A stretch of DNA of 64,000 bases from Mobula hypostoma. Taxonomy: Eukaryota. The notes under the pieces are model-generated. The model had not been told where the DNA came from. It did not search any database and worked only from the letters and a program-made list of their open reading frames with translations. Positions 1 through 13,212 of this stretch are shown in pieces. Position numbers and translations under genes: made by a program. Where the stretch lies: the NCBI RefSeq assembly GCF_963921235.1, contig NC_086097.1, positions 45,696,001-45,760,000 on the forward strand. The letters run 5' to 3'. How positions within the stretch are numbered: position 1 is the first letter of the stretch; each line of letters begins with the position of its first letter.

Positions 1-107
1 AGCTGACGTGGGAGAGTGCCTACTAGTGGTTGTCTCAGTCCAGTTAAGTTGTTTATTTCAGCCTGATGAGTCGCTTCATTGTTCTGAGTCTCACTCTATA
101 CTTGTAA

Positions 108-372
108 TTATTTATTTATTGAGATACAGCACGGAATAGGCCCTTCTTGCCCTTTGAGCCACACCACCCGGCATTCCCCTGATTTAATCTTAAGCTAATC
201 ACAGGATAAGTTACAATGACCAATTAACCCACCGACCGATACGTCTCAGGCCTGTGGGAGGAAACCGGAGCACCCAGAGGAAACCCATGCGGTCACGTGG
301 AGAACGTACAGGCAGTGACAAGAACTGAACCCTGGTCGCCTATACTGTAAAGTGTTGTGCTAACTACTACAC
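108..372 (-). mobile_element. HE1-type V-SINE (tRNA-derived)
   Basis: V-domain core GTGGGAGGAAACCGGAGCACCCAGAGGAAACCCATGC on plus; tRNA-like head at right end; (TTTA)n tail at left. Confidence 0.8.
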
Positions 373-649
373 TATTAATTCAAACTCCAAGCCTTCTGGC
401 AAAAGAACAAAATGGGAAGGAAAATGAATACATTTTACAGGAAATGGAAATCTACCAGTACCAATCTCATGACTTCCACTATATTTATCAAACCAATATT
501 TCTTTAGAGCAATACTAATGGGATTGCAATCAGTACACGACGTGCACACTGAATCTTCTGCATGAACTTAATCTGTCACGGCTTCTTTTATTTATCTCAG
601 AGGCTAATTCAGCTGAACATATTCGTCCCTCTAAACCACATATTGATAG

Positions 650-954
650 CTTCACTCATCTTCACGCACCCCATCACTGAAATGTTCCCACAACCTATGG
701 ACTCAATTTCAAGGACTCTACATCTCATGTTCTTAATATTTATTATTTATTTATTTATTATTATTATTTCATTTTCTTCTCTCTTTTTGTATTTGCACAG
801 CTTGTTGCTTCATTTGTCCATCCTGTCAGTGTGGTCTTTCACTGATTCTGTTGTGTTTCTTGCATTTCTTGCTCACAAGAAAATGAATCTCAGGGTTGTA
901 CATGGTGACATACAGTATATGTACTTTGATAATAAATTTACCTTGAACTTTGAA
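650..954 (+). mobile_element. Rex1/Babar-like LINE 3' UTR fragment
   Basis: Same tail (AAGAAAATGAATCTCAGGGTTGTA...AATAAATTTACCTTGAACTTTGAA) as RT-bearing copies ending near 14865, 37630 and 46090. Confidence 0.75.
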
Positions 955-957
955 TGA

Positions 958-1320
958 GCTGCATCTGTATTTCTTGGAGTTTAGAAGAATGAGGTTATAA
1001 GATCTTACTTAAACATATAAGATCCAAAGGGCACTGGACAGGGTTGATGTTCAGTGGCTACAAAATAAGAGGCCAGTTGTTCAGAACTGAGGTGGAGATT
1101 TCTATTCTAAGAGGGCAGTGCCATTTCTGAAAGCTGGATCATCAGATATATTTAAGGTGGAGCTAGATAAATATTTGAAAGATTCGGGAATTGAGGGTAC
1201 TGGAGAACTGGCACAGAGGAAAGTTGAGACCAGCGTGGATCAGCCGTGATCATATTGAATGGTGCTGCGAACTTGTTGGACCTGGTGGCCTACTCTCGCT
1301 CCAGTTTTCTTGTGTTCTCG
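958..1320 (+). mobile_element. CR1 LINE, decayed 3' fragment
   Basis: TTGGAGTTTAGAAGAATGAGG (LEFRRMR) and GATCAGCCGTGATCATATTGAATGGTG tail match the CR1 copy at 15419-16741. Confidence 0.75.
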
Positions 1321-1393
1321 CTGGTTTATCCTTTCACAGCGCACAACCATCAGAAGAAACCGAAGCCTCTCCTCTTTGTAATCCTAGTTGGGA

Positions 1394-1826
1394 TTTTTTT
1401 TTCATTATGTGCTGTGTCCTATGACGTGGGCATTCCTGGTCTTTCCGTGACCATGATTGTTCTTGGCAAAGTTTTCTACAGAAGCAGTTTACCATCTTCC
1501 TACTGGGCAGTGTCTTTACATTGTGGGCCAAAGGGCCTGTGGTGTGCTGTAGATTTCAATGTTCAATGTTCTAAGACAGGTGACCTCAGCCATTATCAAT
1601 ACTCTCCAGAGATTGTCTCCTGGCATCAGTGATCGCAAAACCAGGACTCGTGATATGCACCAGCTGCACATACAACCAACCACCACCTGCCCCCATGGCT
1701 TCACGTGACCCTGATCAGGGTTTAAGCAGGTGCTACACCCTTGCCCAAGGGTGACCTGCAGGCTAGCGGAGGGAAGGAGCACCTTACACCTCCTTTGGTA
1801 GAGATGTATCGCTCCTCCACTACCCA
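1394..1826 (-). mobile_element. Non-autonomous RTE-related SINE-like element
   Basis: Perfect 10-bp TSD CTAGTTGGGA (1384-1393, 1827-1836); A-tail at left; Bov-A-like segment; 5' GGTAGTGG...CTACC hairpin resembling the RTE 5' end near 57570. Confidence 0.65.
1521..1573 (+). mobile_element. 53-bp CR1 3'-tail micro-insertion inside the SINE-like element
   Basis: TGGGCCAAAGGGCCTGT...TGCTGTAGATTTCAATGTTCAATGTTCTA is a CR1 terminal motif plus microsatellite tail. Confidence 0.65.
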
Positions 1827-2099
1827 CTAGTTGGGAAGACTCAAGTTAATATTACATCAGGTACTCAATCCATTTGGCCACTGTTTCACAAAGGAAATAG
1901 TTTCAAATACAAGAAGTGAGTTTACCTATGTTGAGAAGACAAATATTATCTGCTGTAGAATTTTTGAGTGCTGGGAGGTTCGGTAATGCTACTCAGGAGG
2001 GTTTAAACTTGTTTATTTACTTGTTTATTTATTTATTTACCAGTACAGTGTGGAGTCGGCCCTTCCAGCCCTTTGATCCACGCCACTCCACACTTAGTG

Positions 2100-3160
2100 G
2101 GAAGATGGGAGCCAGAGCCCCAAGTCAGAAAGTGGAGGGAATGAGAGCTAGGTAGAGGCCATGACCTGTAAGCCCGTAAGGAAGAACAGGCATGAACAAG
2201 GTAATAGGTACAATGGGTTGGACGGGTTGAAGTGTGTGTATTTTAACACTATGACAATTAAGGCCATTGACCTATAATGTTGTGGCCACATCAGAAACTT
2301 CATAGAGAGAGGAACAAGGATGGATACTTAATGTTCTAGGGTTTTGTTGTCTTAGAAGTAATAGAGAAGGAGGTAAAGGGGGTGGGAGGTGAGGGTTAAT
2401 TGCACTACTGATCAGGATCACTATGACAACTGCACTCAGAGGGGACATAATACACATAATTACACCGCACGCTGTCGGAGCAGTGCTGCCAGGATAATCA
2501 AGAACACGACCCACCCAGCTAAAACACTTTTCATCCCTCTTCCCTCCGGGAGAAGGCTCAGGAGCTTGAAGACTTGTATGGCCAGATTTGGGAACAGCTT
2601 CTTTCCAACCGTGATAAGACTGCTGAACGGATCCTGACCAGGATCTGGGCCGTACCCTCCAAATATCCGGACCAGCCTCTCGGTTTTTTTGCACTACCTT
2701 ACTTCCTATTTTTCTATTTTCTATTTATGATTTATAATTTAAATTTTTAATATTTACTAATTTTAACTATTTTTAATATTTAATATTTGTAATCCAGGGA
2801 GTGGGAAGCGCAGAATCAAATATCGCTGTGATGATTGTACGTTCTAGTACCAATTGTTTGGTGACAATAAAGTATGAAGTATGAAGTATAATAGTGCACT
2901 CATCCATTGAGTTCCAAGTATATATGGGTAGAGCTCAAAAATAAGAAATTACTCTGATGGGATTACACATCAGATCCCCAATAGCCACTGGGACATTGAA
3001 GGGCAGATATGCAGGCCGATTAGGGAAAGGTGCACAAACAAGAGAGCTGTTCCTTTGGGTGGCTCCATCCTCCCCAATACATAGTGAAACCTTTTTAGTG
3101 CAGGGGTTTGTGACGTGCATCCAGGAGGGATTCTACAAATCAATTTGTAGACAGTCCAAT
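2100..3160 (+). mobile_element. CR1 ORF2 endonuclease-region fragment, interrupted by a Rex1-type insertion
   Basis: Degenerate similarity to the endonuclease region of the CR1 at 61700-62450. Confidence 0.6.
2461..2890 (+). mobile_element. Rex1/Babar-like LINE 3' end, second subfamily with (AAGTAT)n-type tail
   Basis: C-terminal peptide RIIKNTTHPAKTLFIPLPSGRRLRSLK..RFGNSFFPTVIRLLN; AATAAA and repeat tail; near-identical tail reversed at 34460-34690. Confidence 0.75.
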
Positions 3161-3167
3161 AAAAGGG

Positions 3168-3475
3168 GAGGAGAAGATGGCGGCGTGACGCAGCGCGCGT
3201 GGCCACTCCAAAATGATATCGTATTTGTGCAGTAGGATGCCGTGCACAGTCCTGATTTGATGGAGACAGCCGTGAGAAGCACAGAGGGACATCTGGAGAA
3301 ACTTCTGAAATGCCCGCTTTGCTGCCGCTGCTACTGTGCAATCGAGAATCTCCGGAGAGGAAGGCCCCAAATCCTCGGCTTTGCCTATTGCCTGTTGCCG
3401 GGGCCGGGGTCAAAACACTCGGCAGAGATGGTGTTCGGTGCTCAGTGTCGGAGGGCTGGTCGGAAGCTCAAAGTT
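3168..3475 (+). mobile_element. GC/CpG-rich 5' end of an unclassified interspersed repeat
   Basis: Starts AAGATGGCGGCG (YY1-like, common at LINE 5' ends); abrupt composition change between two other repeats. Confidence 0.4.
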
Positions 3476-3484
3476 TTGCCACAC

Positions 3485-3772
3485 TGTAATAGCGTTGCAG
3501 TTAGCTTGGGGGCGTCGGAGTTCAGAGTTCATTTTCAGCACCATCTGTAAAGCGTTTGCATGCTCTCCCCATGCCTGTGTGGGCTTCCTCTGGGTTCTTT
3601 GGTTTCCTCCCGCCGTCTAACGATATACTGGTTAGTAGGTTAATTGATCATTGTAATTTGTTCTGTGATTAGGCTAGTATTAAACAGGTGAGGCGCTGGG
3701 CCGTGCAGTTCGTTGGTCTGGAAGGGCATGGTCCACGCCATATCTCGAAATAAAATGCAATAAAATTAAAAT
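3485..3772 (+). mobile_element. HE1-type V-SINE
   Basis: CTCTCCCCATGCCTGTGTGGGCTTCCTCTGGG...GGTTTCCTCCC V-core; A-rich tail. Confidence 0.8.
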
Positions 3773-3774
3773 AT

Positions 3775-4590
3775 GGGCAGAGAAATAGTAGCTGGAGTAT
3801 AATCTGGCCAAATGCTAGGCGGTGCAGTTTGAAAGATCGAATGTAAAGAGACAGTACAGTGAGAATAGAAAAACAGTGTTGATGTGCAGAGGGATCTTGG
3901 GCTCTAAATCCGTAGCTCCCTGAAAGTGGGTGCACAGGCTGACAAGATGGTAACAAGGGTGTTTGGCGTGCTTGCCTTTATTACCTGCAGCAGCAAGGTG
4001 AAGAGTCATGAAGTTATTTTGCAGTTTTATAAAACTCTGGCTAGGCCATATCTGAATTATTGCATTCATTTCTGGTCACCCTGTACCGAAAGATACCAAG
4101 GCTTTGGGAATAGAACAGAAGGCCTTTACCTGGATACTGCCTGGTTTAGAGGGCACGTGCTACAGGAAGATGTTGGACAAATGTGAGTTGTTTCCTCTGG
4201 AGCGACAGAGACTGAGGAGAGACCTGTTAGAAATTTATAAGATTGTGAATGGCATAGATGGAGGAGACAGCCAGTATGATTTTCCCCAGGATCAAACTGG
4301 AGAGCGTGCATTTAAGGTGGGGGTGGTTAAATTGAAAGGAGACGTGCAGTGCACTCTTTTTACACAGAGAATGGTGGCTGCCTGGGGTGGTGGAGTAGGT
4401 AAATACAAACATTTAACAGGCTCTTGGGTAAGTACATGAATGTGCAGAGAATGGAAGATTTAGATTTTGTGTAAACTGAAGAGATTTAATTACTAGTTCA
4501 ATTAGGTAGGCTTTTAATTAGTAGTTTTAATTAGTGTGGCCAACTCATGGACCAAAGTGCCTCTTCCTGCGTGGTATTGTTCTGTGTTCT
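3775..4590 (+). mobile_element. CR1 LINE, decayed 3' part
   Basis: ILQFYKTLARPYLNYCIHFWSP and LERQRLRRDLLEIYKI peptides; CR1 tail. Confidence 0.85.
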
Positions 4591-4799
4591 ACGTAACGGT
4601 CATTGTCGCTGTGCAGATTTTAACTTGCAACTCCCACTGAAGTTTAACCTCAAAGACTGACAGAGGAAGAATTTTTAAAAAGCCAACAGTTCTGGAGAGT
4701 GTTTGGAATGCCATTAAAATGTGTGGCTGCCAAGCAGTGAAATGCAAATGAAGAATGTTTCCAGTAAGTGTTGGTACAATAAATACCAAAGCTTCCTGT

Positions 4800-4905
4800 G
4801 CTTCTACTCTTGTTGAATGTCATTCTGAAAAGTATTTATTTGGGTGTAAAGTGGTTAAGGATATCCTGAGGTTGTGAAATGTGGATACTATATACAAATG
4901 TGAAG
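4800..4905 (+). mobile_element. DeuSINE/SacSINE1-like 3' tail remnant
   Basis: AAAAGTATTTATTTGGGTGTAAAGTGGTTAAGGATATCCTGAGGTTGTGAAA resembles the SacSINE1/L2-type tail. Confidence 0.5.
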
Positions 4906-5375
4906 TACAAGCCTTTACATTTCCTCATTTTTACACACTCATGTTGAAGATTTCATCACTTCTTTGATTAGTTTTTCATCAAACTAAGTGTAGCAAAGTT
5001 TCATCTTGCACCGTCTGTAACTGGACTTGCGGCCACAGCTACAATAAAAGTCGGGTAAATTTATATCATTGTCTATTCTATCAGTCCAATTTTTATTTTC
5101 TTGTTTGGGACCAAGGCATTGCTGCCTAGGCCAGCACGATATACTCTAAATACCCTTGAGTACACAGTTGTGAGCCACCCTTTTGAACTCCGGCAGTCGT
5201 CCTGGTGAAGGAATTCGCACAGTGCTGTTGGGAAGGGAATTCCAGGAGGTAGTCCTATAGATTGTCTACAAGGACAGGCTGAGCGAGCCAGGAGGATGAG
5301 AGGTACAAGGTGATAAGATGCATAGATAGAGTGGATAGCCAGAGACATTTTCCCAGGGTGGAACTGGTCAATAAC

Positions 5376-5980
5376 AAGTCAAGTCAAGTTTATTGTCATT
5401 TAACTATATCATGGACATGTATATAATGTATATAATCATATAATATATATATAGAACGAGACAATGTTTCTCAGAATCAGGGTATAAAGCACATAACACA
5501 CATAACATATGAAACTTATGAAGATAAGGACAAAATCTACAGGTAAATAATAAACTAAACTGCCTAAATTAAATATCGTAACCAGTGACACTTCGAATAT
5601 GATGCGGCAGGGGCTTCAGAAGCCTGTGGCCTGAGGGAAGAAATTGTTTCCCATTCTGACTATCTTTTTTTTATGCATCATAGTCTCCTGACTGATGGTA
5701 AAAAGTCAAGGGGCGTGCTGGATGGCTGGGTGGGATCCTTACTAATACAAAGGGCCCTGCGTATGCAGCGCTCCTGATGGACGGTAAGGAGACCCTTACG
5801 ATCCTCTCAGCTGTTCTCATAGTGTAGGTACTTCTGGGCCGATGCTCAGCTGCTCCCATACCAGATGGAGATGTAACTTGTCAGGATGATCTCATCCTGT
5901 TAAGATGGTGGGGCAGCCGAGCGTTGCTTGTCTCAACCTTCTTAAGGAGTGGAGGCACTTCTATGCCGACTTGTTCAGCA
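5376..5980 (-). mobile_element. Rex1-like LINE 3' fragment inserted in a CR1 remnant (about 5260-6170)
   Basis: (AAGTC)n tail plus TTTATT at left; RTAERIVRVSLPSI peptide. Confidence 0.65.
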
Positions 5981-6329
5981 GGGGCTGTAATTCTAAGGTG
6001 GTCGGAGAAAAGTATGGGGGGATATCAGAGGTCAGTTTTCTTGCACAGAGAGTGTTGGGTGTGTGGTAAAGACATATACATTGGGGGCATTTAAGAAACT
6101 CTTAGATAGGCACATGATGATAGAAATACGGAAGGTTATGTCGGAGGGAAAGGTTAGATTTATAAGTCAGGATAGTGTGCAACATGGAGCAGGTGGTGAA
6201 GTTCACATGAAATCTAAGCCCAAGTCCCTTAAAAATCTTTTATTCAGTCTTGATCTTATTCAGCCTCCTGTAGTGGCATTCACCATTATAAATATTAGGG
6301 TCTAGCGAATTTGAATCACAACACAGATA

Positions 6330-7260
6330 GTAGGGCTTGATAACATGCTGGCCAAACCCAGCTGGGATGATCTAGCATGCCATGGCTCAGATATTCAAAC
6401 CAAAATATGGGAGTATGCAACGGTGTGTTTTATTCACACAAAACGAAGTAACTCTATTCCAGAAGACCATAGCCTCCTGTACATTTTTGCAGGAAAGTGA
6501 GTCTCTAGTGAACCAACAATACTCTGATGCTGCCAGACCATCCACGTACAGGCATTCCCACAGCTAACTCAAACTCAAATGCAAAGGCTTGGCTTAGACA
6601 CTGACGCAAGATGAGAGAGGAGGGGAGCAGCCCTTGGCTTCAAGGCAGCGGTAACCTAGAATCATATTAACAACACTGGGAAAAATACATTAGGACTGGA
6701 ATTACACGTAACACACAGCAGAGTGATTATATCTGGCAGACGGCAGTCACTCCAGCCCCAGGAAATGTCCCCAGCCCAATTATCTTTAGCCGCTTCATTT
6801 CTTCCATCATCATATCTGAGGTGGAGCTGTTCATTGACTAACCCATAGCATTCTGCTCCATTCACATCGCCGCTGGTGACAAAGCAACCCTGGCAGTTTA
6901 CGGCATGATCTAGGAAGTACCAGAAACATGATGTCAAAATAGAATCTATACAGTAAATAATCTACAAACAGGCCAGGCGATATCCAGCATGAATGAAGGG
7001 AAGCACACCCATCTATTCTTAGATAGTCAATGGCAGTGGCATTGTGGAAACCCCAGTTTCAATATCTAGGGCACTTGTTATTGATCAGATAAGGAACCAG
7101 ATCAATCACATCAACAGTGTGGCAACAAGAGCAGGATAGAAGTTAGGAACCCTATGATGACAATCTTAATTCATGAGTCCTCAAAACCTTTTCACTGCCC
7201 ATGAGTTTCAGAAGAAGGTTGTGATGAAGTACTCACTAATTGCTTGAATGAGTGGGAGCA
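6330..7260 (+). mobile_element. Ancient LINE (CR1/L2 group) RT remnant
   Basis: Degenerate PQGSVLGP-type motif CCCCAGGAAATGTCCCCAGCCCAATTATCTTTAGC near 6755-6790. Confidence 0.5.
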
Positions 7261-8704
7261 TAATAACAATATGATTGATGGGTATTGGATGTTGCAGTGG
7301 GTAATCAATGAAACCAAAATTAATTGTGATTCTGTTGGCAGTGAATAATTAGCCAACCTTCATCTTCTAACGAGAGGGAGATATATATTTAGTGGATGGT
7401 CAGTTATCTATCCTGTCCCAATAACATGGTGGTTTACTGTAGAACAGGTTCAACTTACATTTCCCAATAAATAGAGGGTAGGCTTGCAAGTTCTATAAAT
7501 CTGAAATGTTCCACTGATTCCAAATAATTTTTGATCTACTATTGATTTTTTGTTTTTGGAAATTTAACCCCTAAAACACAGCTCATTGTTTAATCCACTT
7601 TCTTTTGCCATTGAGTGAAATCATGAAAGAGTAGGAAAAGGAAACACTAAATAAGAATACAACAAAAGAAATTTACCCCTGGATCCTGAGGCTTATGTTC
7701 AATTTCCTATTTCATGGCTTAGGAAAACCATTTTGGAAGAATGTCCAAGGTGTTGAAGCAGGCACATTATCTACTATGCACTATTATCACCAAAAATTCA
7801 AGTTATTGGAAAAGACAGTCTGTCATTTAACCCATGCTGTTATCATGATAAATTGATGAATTAATGCATTAGTTAAATGTGATTGGCACTACTGTGAGCA
7901 CAAAGGGGAAATGGTAAAAGATCGAATTATATCACGTAGCCTGTGCCCGACATGGTGATGCATGAAGCCTGCAGGACATACGGCAATCTACCTGTATTGC
8001 ATGGTTAACATCTCTACTGCAACATTTTATGCACAGATGTGTTTCAGCAATAGCCTGGGTCTCAGCTGCAAGAAGAGTTTTAACTGATAGTAGAAGTGCA
8101 AATTGGAGAACCCATCCTTAGATGATTCGCAGTCTCTGAGGCCACCACTGAAAATGAAGAGGAAATATCTCGGAATGGCTGATGTCTCCTATGGTTAAGT
8201 TAGTGCAGGGGGTGGGATCTGAGCATTCTCATTCCTTTCTTACATACTCACTTCTGATGCCATGATACCCATTGTCTATCAGAAACATGTGGCCAACTCC
8301 CAACCCAAGAAAAGGTTGACCCATATCCGCACCTGAAGCACTGTTCCCAATAGCTCTCTTCAAGGAAGGAGATCAGGGCCCTAAATTTGCACTTACTGCT
8401 CTACTTTGTAAGCCACTCAAGGGGGATGTCATTATGCAGGTGACACCTTGCTCACCTGAGGAAAGCTCGCCATACAAAATTGGTGTGAGATGCATGCATA
8501 CCACCACTTTATTTGTTGCATTACATCTTTGGCCATTCTAGCTATTGTCTTGACATGAGAATGGACCATCCTGCTGTGTATTAAAAGCAACAGAATCAGG
8601 AAGCTTGATTCCTTGATTTATCCTCATTAAGTATTTTCATGCTCACATTGTTGATGAGAGGAATTATGATTTGATGTAATTTCCTTCTGCTTGTCATTCA
8701 CCTA

Positions 8705-9213
8705 CATTCAGTGACCACTCTATTAGGCACACTTATACACCAGCTCATTAATGAAATATCTCATCAGCCAATCATGTGGCAGCAACTCAATACATAAAAA
8801 GCGCGCAAACATGGTCAAGAGGTTCAATTGTCATTTAGACCACAATCAGTACGGGGAAGAAGTATGATCTAAGTGACTTTTTCCATGGAATGATTGTTGG
8901 TGCCAGAGGGGGTGGTCTGAGTGTCTCAGAAACCGCTGAACCCCTCGGATTTTCACGGCGCAAAAAACAAAAACAAATCTAGTGAGCAGCAATTCTATAT
9001 GTCTTGTTAATGAGAGAGGTGAGAGGAGAATGGTCAGACTGGTTCAAGCTGACAAATAACCATGTGTTAAAGCAATGGTGTGCGGAAGAGAGTCTCTGAA
9101 TACACATGTTGAACCTAGAAGTCCATGTGCTGCAGCAGCAGGAGACCGTGAACATACACGTGAAGGCCACTTTATCAGGTACAGGAGGCTTCTGATAAAG
9201 TGGCCACTGGAAA
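8705..9213 (+). mobile_element. Internally deleted Tc1/mariner transposon
   Basis: Degenerate TIRs CAGTGACCACTCTATTAGG / TGATAAAGTGGCCACTG, left one preceded by TA; transposase N-terminal HTH remnant GKKYDLSDFFHGMIVGARGGGLSVSETAEPLGFSR. Confidence 0.8.
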
Positions 9214-9771
9214 TATAACAGCTGCATTTCCTATAACATACTCTTTCAAACGTTAGCCCAATAAAATGAAAATTACTACCTTCTCTTTGTGAAATTTCCC
9301 CCTAATGTGCTACAATAAAACAGACTATTGTACTTCTAACATGTTTTCATAATAGGCCCTAGGTAACACTAACAAAGACAGTTCTCATTTACAGAATGTT
9401 CTTATGCAGTCATTAGGAGGCCTTATTACTTTTAGTTCAGTGAAATCAACACAGAGATGAATTTAAATCTCTTCTCTTCAAGATATGATGATATATTATG
9501 AAATGTCAACTTGCTTTCCTTAGAGTAATAATTTTAAAGGAATCAAATTGAACGTTACAGGTAGAATATGTTTCATGAATGTAAAGAAAAACAAAGCCTT
9601 TCTCTATTCGTAAAAACTGCTGAGTGATTTTGAATCAAATTTTGATTTGTATTTCCTGTCCTGTATCTAAATCATGGAATTCAGCCATATGCATGATGTT
9701 ATCAAGGTACAGAGCTGTCAGAAGGATGGTTCTAAATTATCACCTCTGGTTAACCTGCTCTGTGTTTGGTG

Positions 9772-10370
9772 CTTCAAGTTCAAGTTCAGGATAATATTCA
9801 AGTTCAGTTTATTGTTAGTCAACTGTACAATAGCCCAGGATCCATTTACAGAGAGAGGTGTTGAGACCCAACGAGGACAGTTTACCCACCAGCATCTGAG
9901 GGATGACTGTATTAAATGCCGAGCTAGATTTGCTGAACAACATTCAGGTATATGAGGCACCATTTTTCAGGTGAGACAGGATGGAGTGACTTGCAGAGAC
10001 CATGACATCATCAGCAGACTGATTTGAGCAAAAAGCGAACTGGAAAGGATCCAATGTAGCAGGAAGACGGGATTGAAAGTGCTCCATAACCAGCTGCTGA
10101 AAGCACTTCATTACTGTTAATGCCAGTGTTACTGGACGATAGCCAGTGAGGCATGTTATTATCACCCTCGGGGGCTCTGGGATGATAGTGGCTGTCTATG
10201 GGACAATGGAATGTTCCAGAGAGATATTGAAGATGTCAGTTAGAACCTCAGTTAACCGGGCTGGACAGTCCCTCAGCACCCAAGCATGTACATTATCAGG
10301 CCCCACCGCTTCATGTGGGTTTACCGAGGCTGGGGTCTTCCTCTCATCATCTGTGGGTATTTCAGTTTTC
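9772..10370 (-). mobile_element. Rex1/Babar LINE fragment with internal deletion
   Basis: YRPVTLALTVMKCFQQLV..LDPFQFAF RT peptide; (TTCAAG)n tail. Confidence 0.8.
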
Positions 10371-10782
10371 TCTAACGTTAGCTTTATCTATTTGTAAGCA
10401 TCATTCAGTGTAAAGAAAGTCAATAACAAGTCTAGCAAGAAATTTGGGGAAGGGCCCAAATTATGGAGCAGTAGTATTTGGGTAGGGGAACAGATTTTGG
10501 GGTTTCTACAACCATCCTTCGACAATTTGCTTTTCAACAGGTCTTCCAAATTTTATTTGGATTAATGTCAGCAAAATGAGCACTAGAACAGATTTTATTT
10601 TGTTGGCTTGATTGAAATCAGAATCTTTTATTGACAGGAACAATTCTCAAGTGTATCAGACTGCATTCTCAGCATGTTGTGTTACAAAAGGCATTGCAAT
10701 GTACACAATCTGCCAAATATGGCTGTCAACAATTTCAAGCTACAGCAACTGTGTGTAGCCATCAGGAGCTTGCCAGTCACAA

Positions 10783-10905
10783 AAAAAACACAAGAGATGC
10801 TGAAATCTTGAGTAATATGCACAAAATGCCGGAGGAACTCAACAAGTCAGGTAGCATCTATAGAGAGGAATAAACAGTCAATGTTTCAGGCCAAGACTGA
10901 CGAAG
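10783..10905 (-). mobile_element. Penelope 3' tail fragment
   Basis: Matches tails at 14400-14529 and 52538-52672. Confidence 0.65.
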
Positions 10906-13212
10906 GACCTAAATCATCTTCTGCACCTATTGCATACGTGCCCCCTCACCCTCTATAATCTTCAACTCCAGGCACTGTAAAGTCTTTGATGCGCCTGACT
11001 GGATGACGCACATTTTCTGGCTCTGAAAATGTGGTACACAGTTCTCCATCGATCGGTAGTTCCTCTGTTCTCGATTCATAGAACACTCAGGAAAGGCAAG
11101 AGGTGGGGTAGCAGGGTTTGTGTTTCATGATAAACTCTTCATGGTACTTGGATGCAGTGGTCATGTTGCACTCTTGTTCCCCCAGCCTGGAACATCTAGT
11201 GCTTAAGTGCCATCCATTCTACTTACCAAGAGAATTTTCCTCTGTGATCCTTAACGCTATTTACATACTGCCAAAGCACTGGAGGTATTGACTACCACGG
11301 CTGGCAAACAAGAAGCAGCCTACCCTGAATCCTTTCAAGTTATCATTAGGGTCTTCAATCAGGCTGTTTTGAAGAAATCTCTGCCCAGTTATCATCAGCG
11401 TGCAGTACCAGGGGTCCCAATTCATTACAATTAAGAACGCCTGCTGTTCAATCTCTTGACTGCATTTACGAAAATCTGATTAGCAGCTGTACTTTTCCTA
11501 CCTGCGTACAGGGAGAAGCTAAAGGGCAAGTCTCCAGAGATAAGGACAACAAAAAGGTGGTTTTGGGAGGTAGAGGAGCGTCTACGGGATTGTTTCAAGT
11601 TGGTGGTCTGGGCCATGATCAAAGACTAATCAGAAGATCTAAATGAATATGCCATGAGTGTGTCCCCACAAAATCATTCAGCGACTTCCCCAACCAGAAG
11701 CTCTGGATGAACCAAGAGATCCGCAATCTGCAGAGGACCAGATCAATGGTGTTCGGGTCTGGTGACCAAGAGAAATAGAGGAGGTCCAGGCACAACCTCT
11801 GGAAAGCCATCTCACATGCAAAGTGGCAATTCTGGACCAAACTCAGATCACTGAAGGGTGCTTGACAGCTGTGGCAGGGACTGAATGTTATCACCTCTTA
11901 CAAAATGAAAACAAGCAACATACGTGACAACAAGGTTTTGCTCTCAGACAAAACATGGAGGCACCTTCATGCCTGGCCTGTTCATTGATATCTTTAACCA
12001 CTCGCTTTGTCGGTCTGAGTTACCCATCTGCTTCAAGCAGGCGTCAATTATACCAGTGCCCAGGGAGAACCTGGTAACCTGACTATCATCCAATAGCACT
12101 TACATCCACTGTGATGAAGCACTTTGAAAGTTTGGTGATGAAACGTATCCATTCCTGCCTGGGGAACGACATTGATCCATTCCAGTTTGCCTAACTTCAT
12201 GACAGGTCAACATCAAATGCCATTTTATTGGCTCTTCACTCAGTTCTGGAACATCTGGGCAGTGAAGATGCATACATCAGGTTGTTCTTCATTGACTTCA
12301 GCTCAGTATTCAATACTATCATCCCTTCAAAACTAATCAACAAGCTCCAAGACCAAGGTTTCAATACGCCCTTGTGCAACTGGATCCTCAATTTGCTCAC
12401 TTGCAGACCCCAGTCAGTTTGGATTAGAAACAACATTTCCACCACAATTATCATCAGCACAGGAGCACCACAAGGCTGTGTGCTTAGCCCACAGCTCTAT
12501 TTGCTTTATACTTATGACTGTGAGGCCAAGTATAGCTCCAATACCATATTTATGTTTGCTGACAACACCACTGTCGTTGGCAGAATCAAAGGTGGTGACA
12601 AATCAGCATTTAGGAGAGAGACTAAAAATCTGGCTGAATGGTGCCACAGCAACAACCTCTCACTGAGTGTCAGCAAAATGATAGAGCTGATTATTGACAC
12701 AGGAGGAGAAAACTGGTGGTCCATGAGCCAGTCCTTATCAGGGGGTTAGAGGTAGAGAGAGTCGGCAACTTTAAATTCATCGGTATTATCATTTCAGAGG
12801 ATTTGTCCTGTGTCCAGCATGTAACTGCCATTACAAAGAAGGTATGGACACACCTCTACTTTCTTCGAGGTTTGCACAGATTTGGCATTTCAACTAAAAC
12901 TTTGACAAACTTCTGTAAGAGTGCGGTAGAGAGTATACAGACTCATTGCATTCTGGCCTTGTATGGGAACACCAATGACATTGAAATGAAAAAAACTTCA
13001 AAAAGCTGTGGATATAGCCCAGTCCATCAGAGGTGAAACTCTCCACACCACTGACCACGTCTACAAGGAGCACTGTCATAGGAACACAACGCCCATTATC
13101 AAGAACCCCCACCATCCAGGCCATGCTCTCTTCTCACTGCTACCATCAGCAAGGAGGTACAGGGGGCCTCAAGTCCCACACCTCCCGGCTCAGAACAGTT
13201 CTCTCTCCTCAA

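Noticed and set aside
562..957. 131-aa hydrophobic ORF resembling a membrane protein
   Set aside because: Translation of the T-rich Rex1 3' UTR; same artefact at 14485-14829 and 45586-45972.
4617..4763. Possible host exon (GTGCAG acceptor, GTAAGT donor)
   Set aside because: Stop codons in all three frames and weak polypyrimidine tract; a non-coding or UTR exon cannot be excluded without RNA data.
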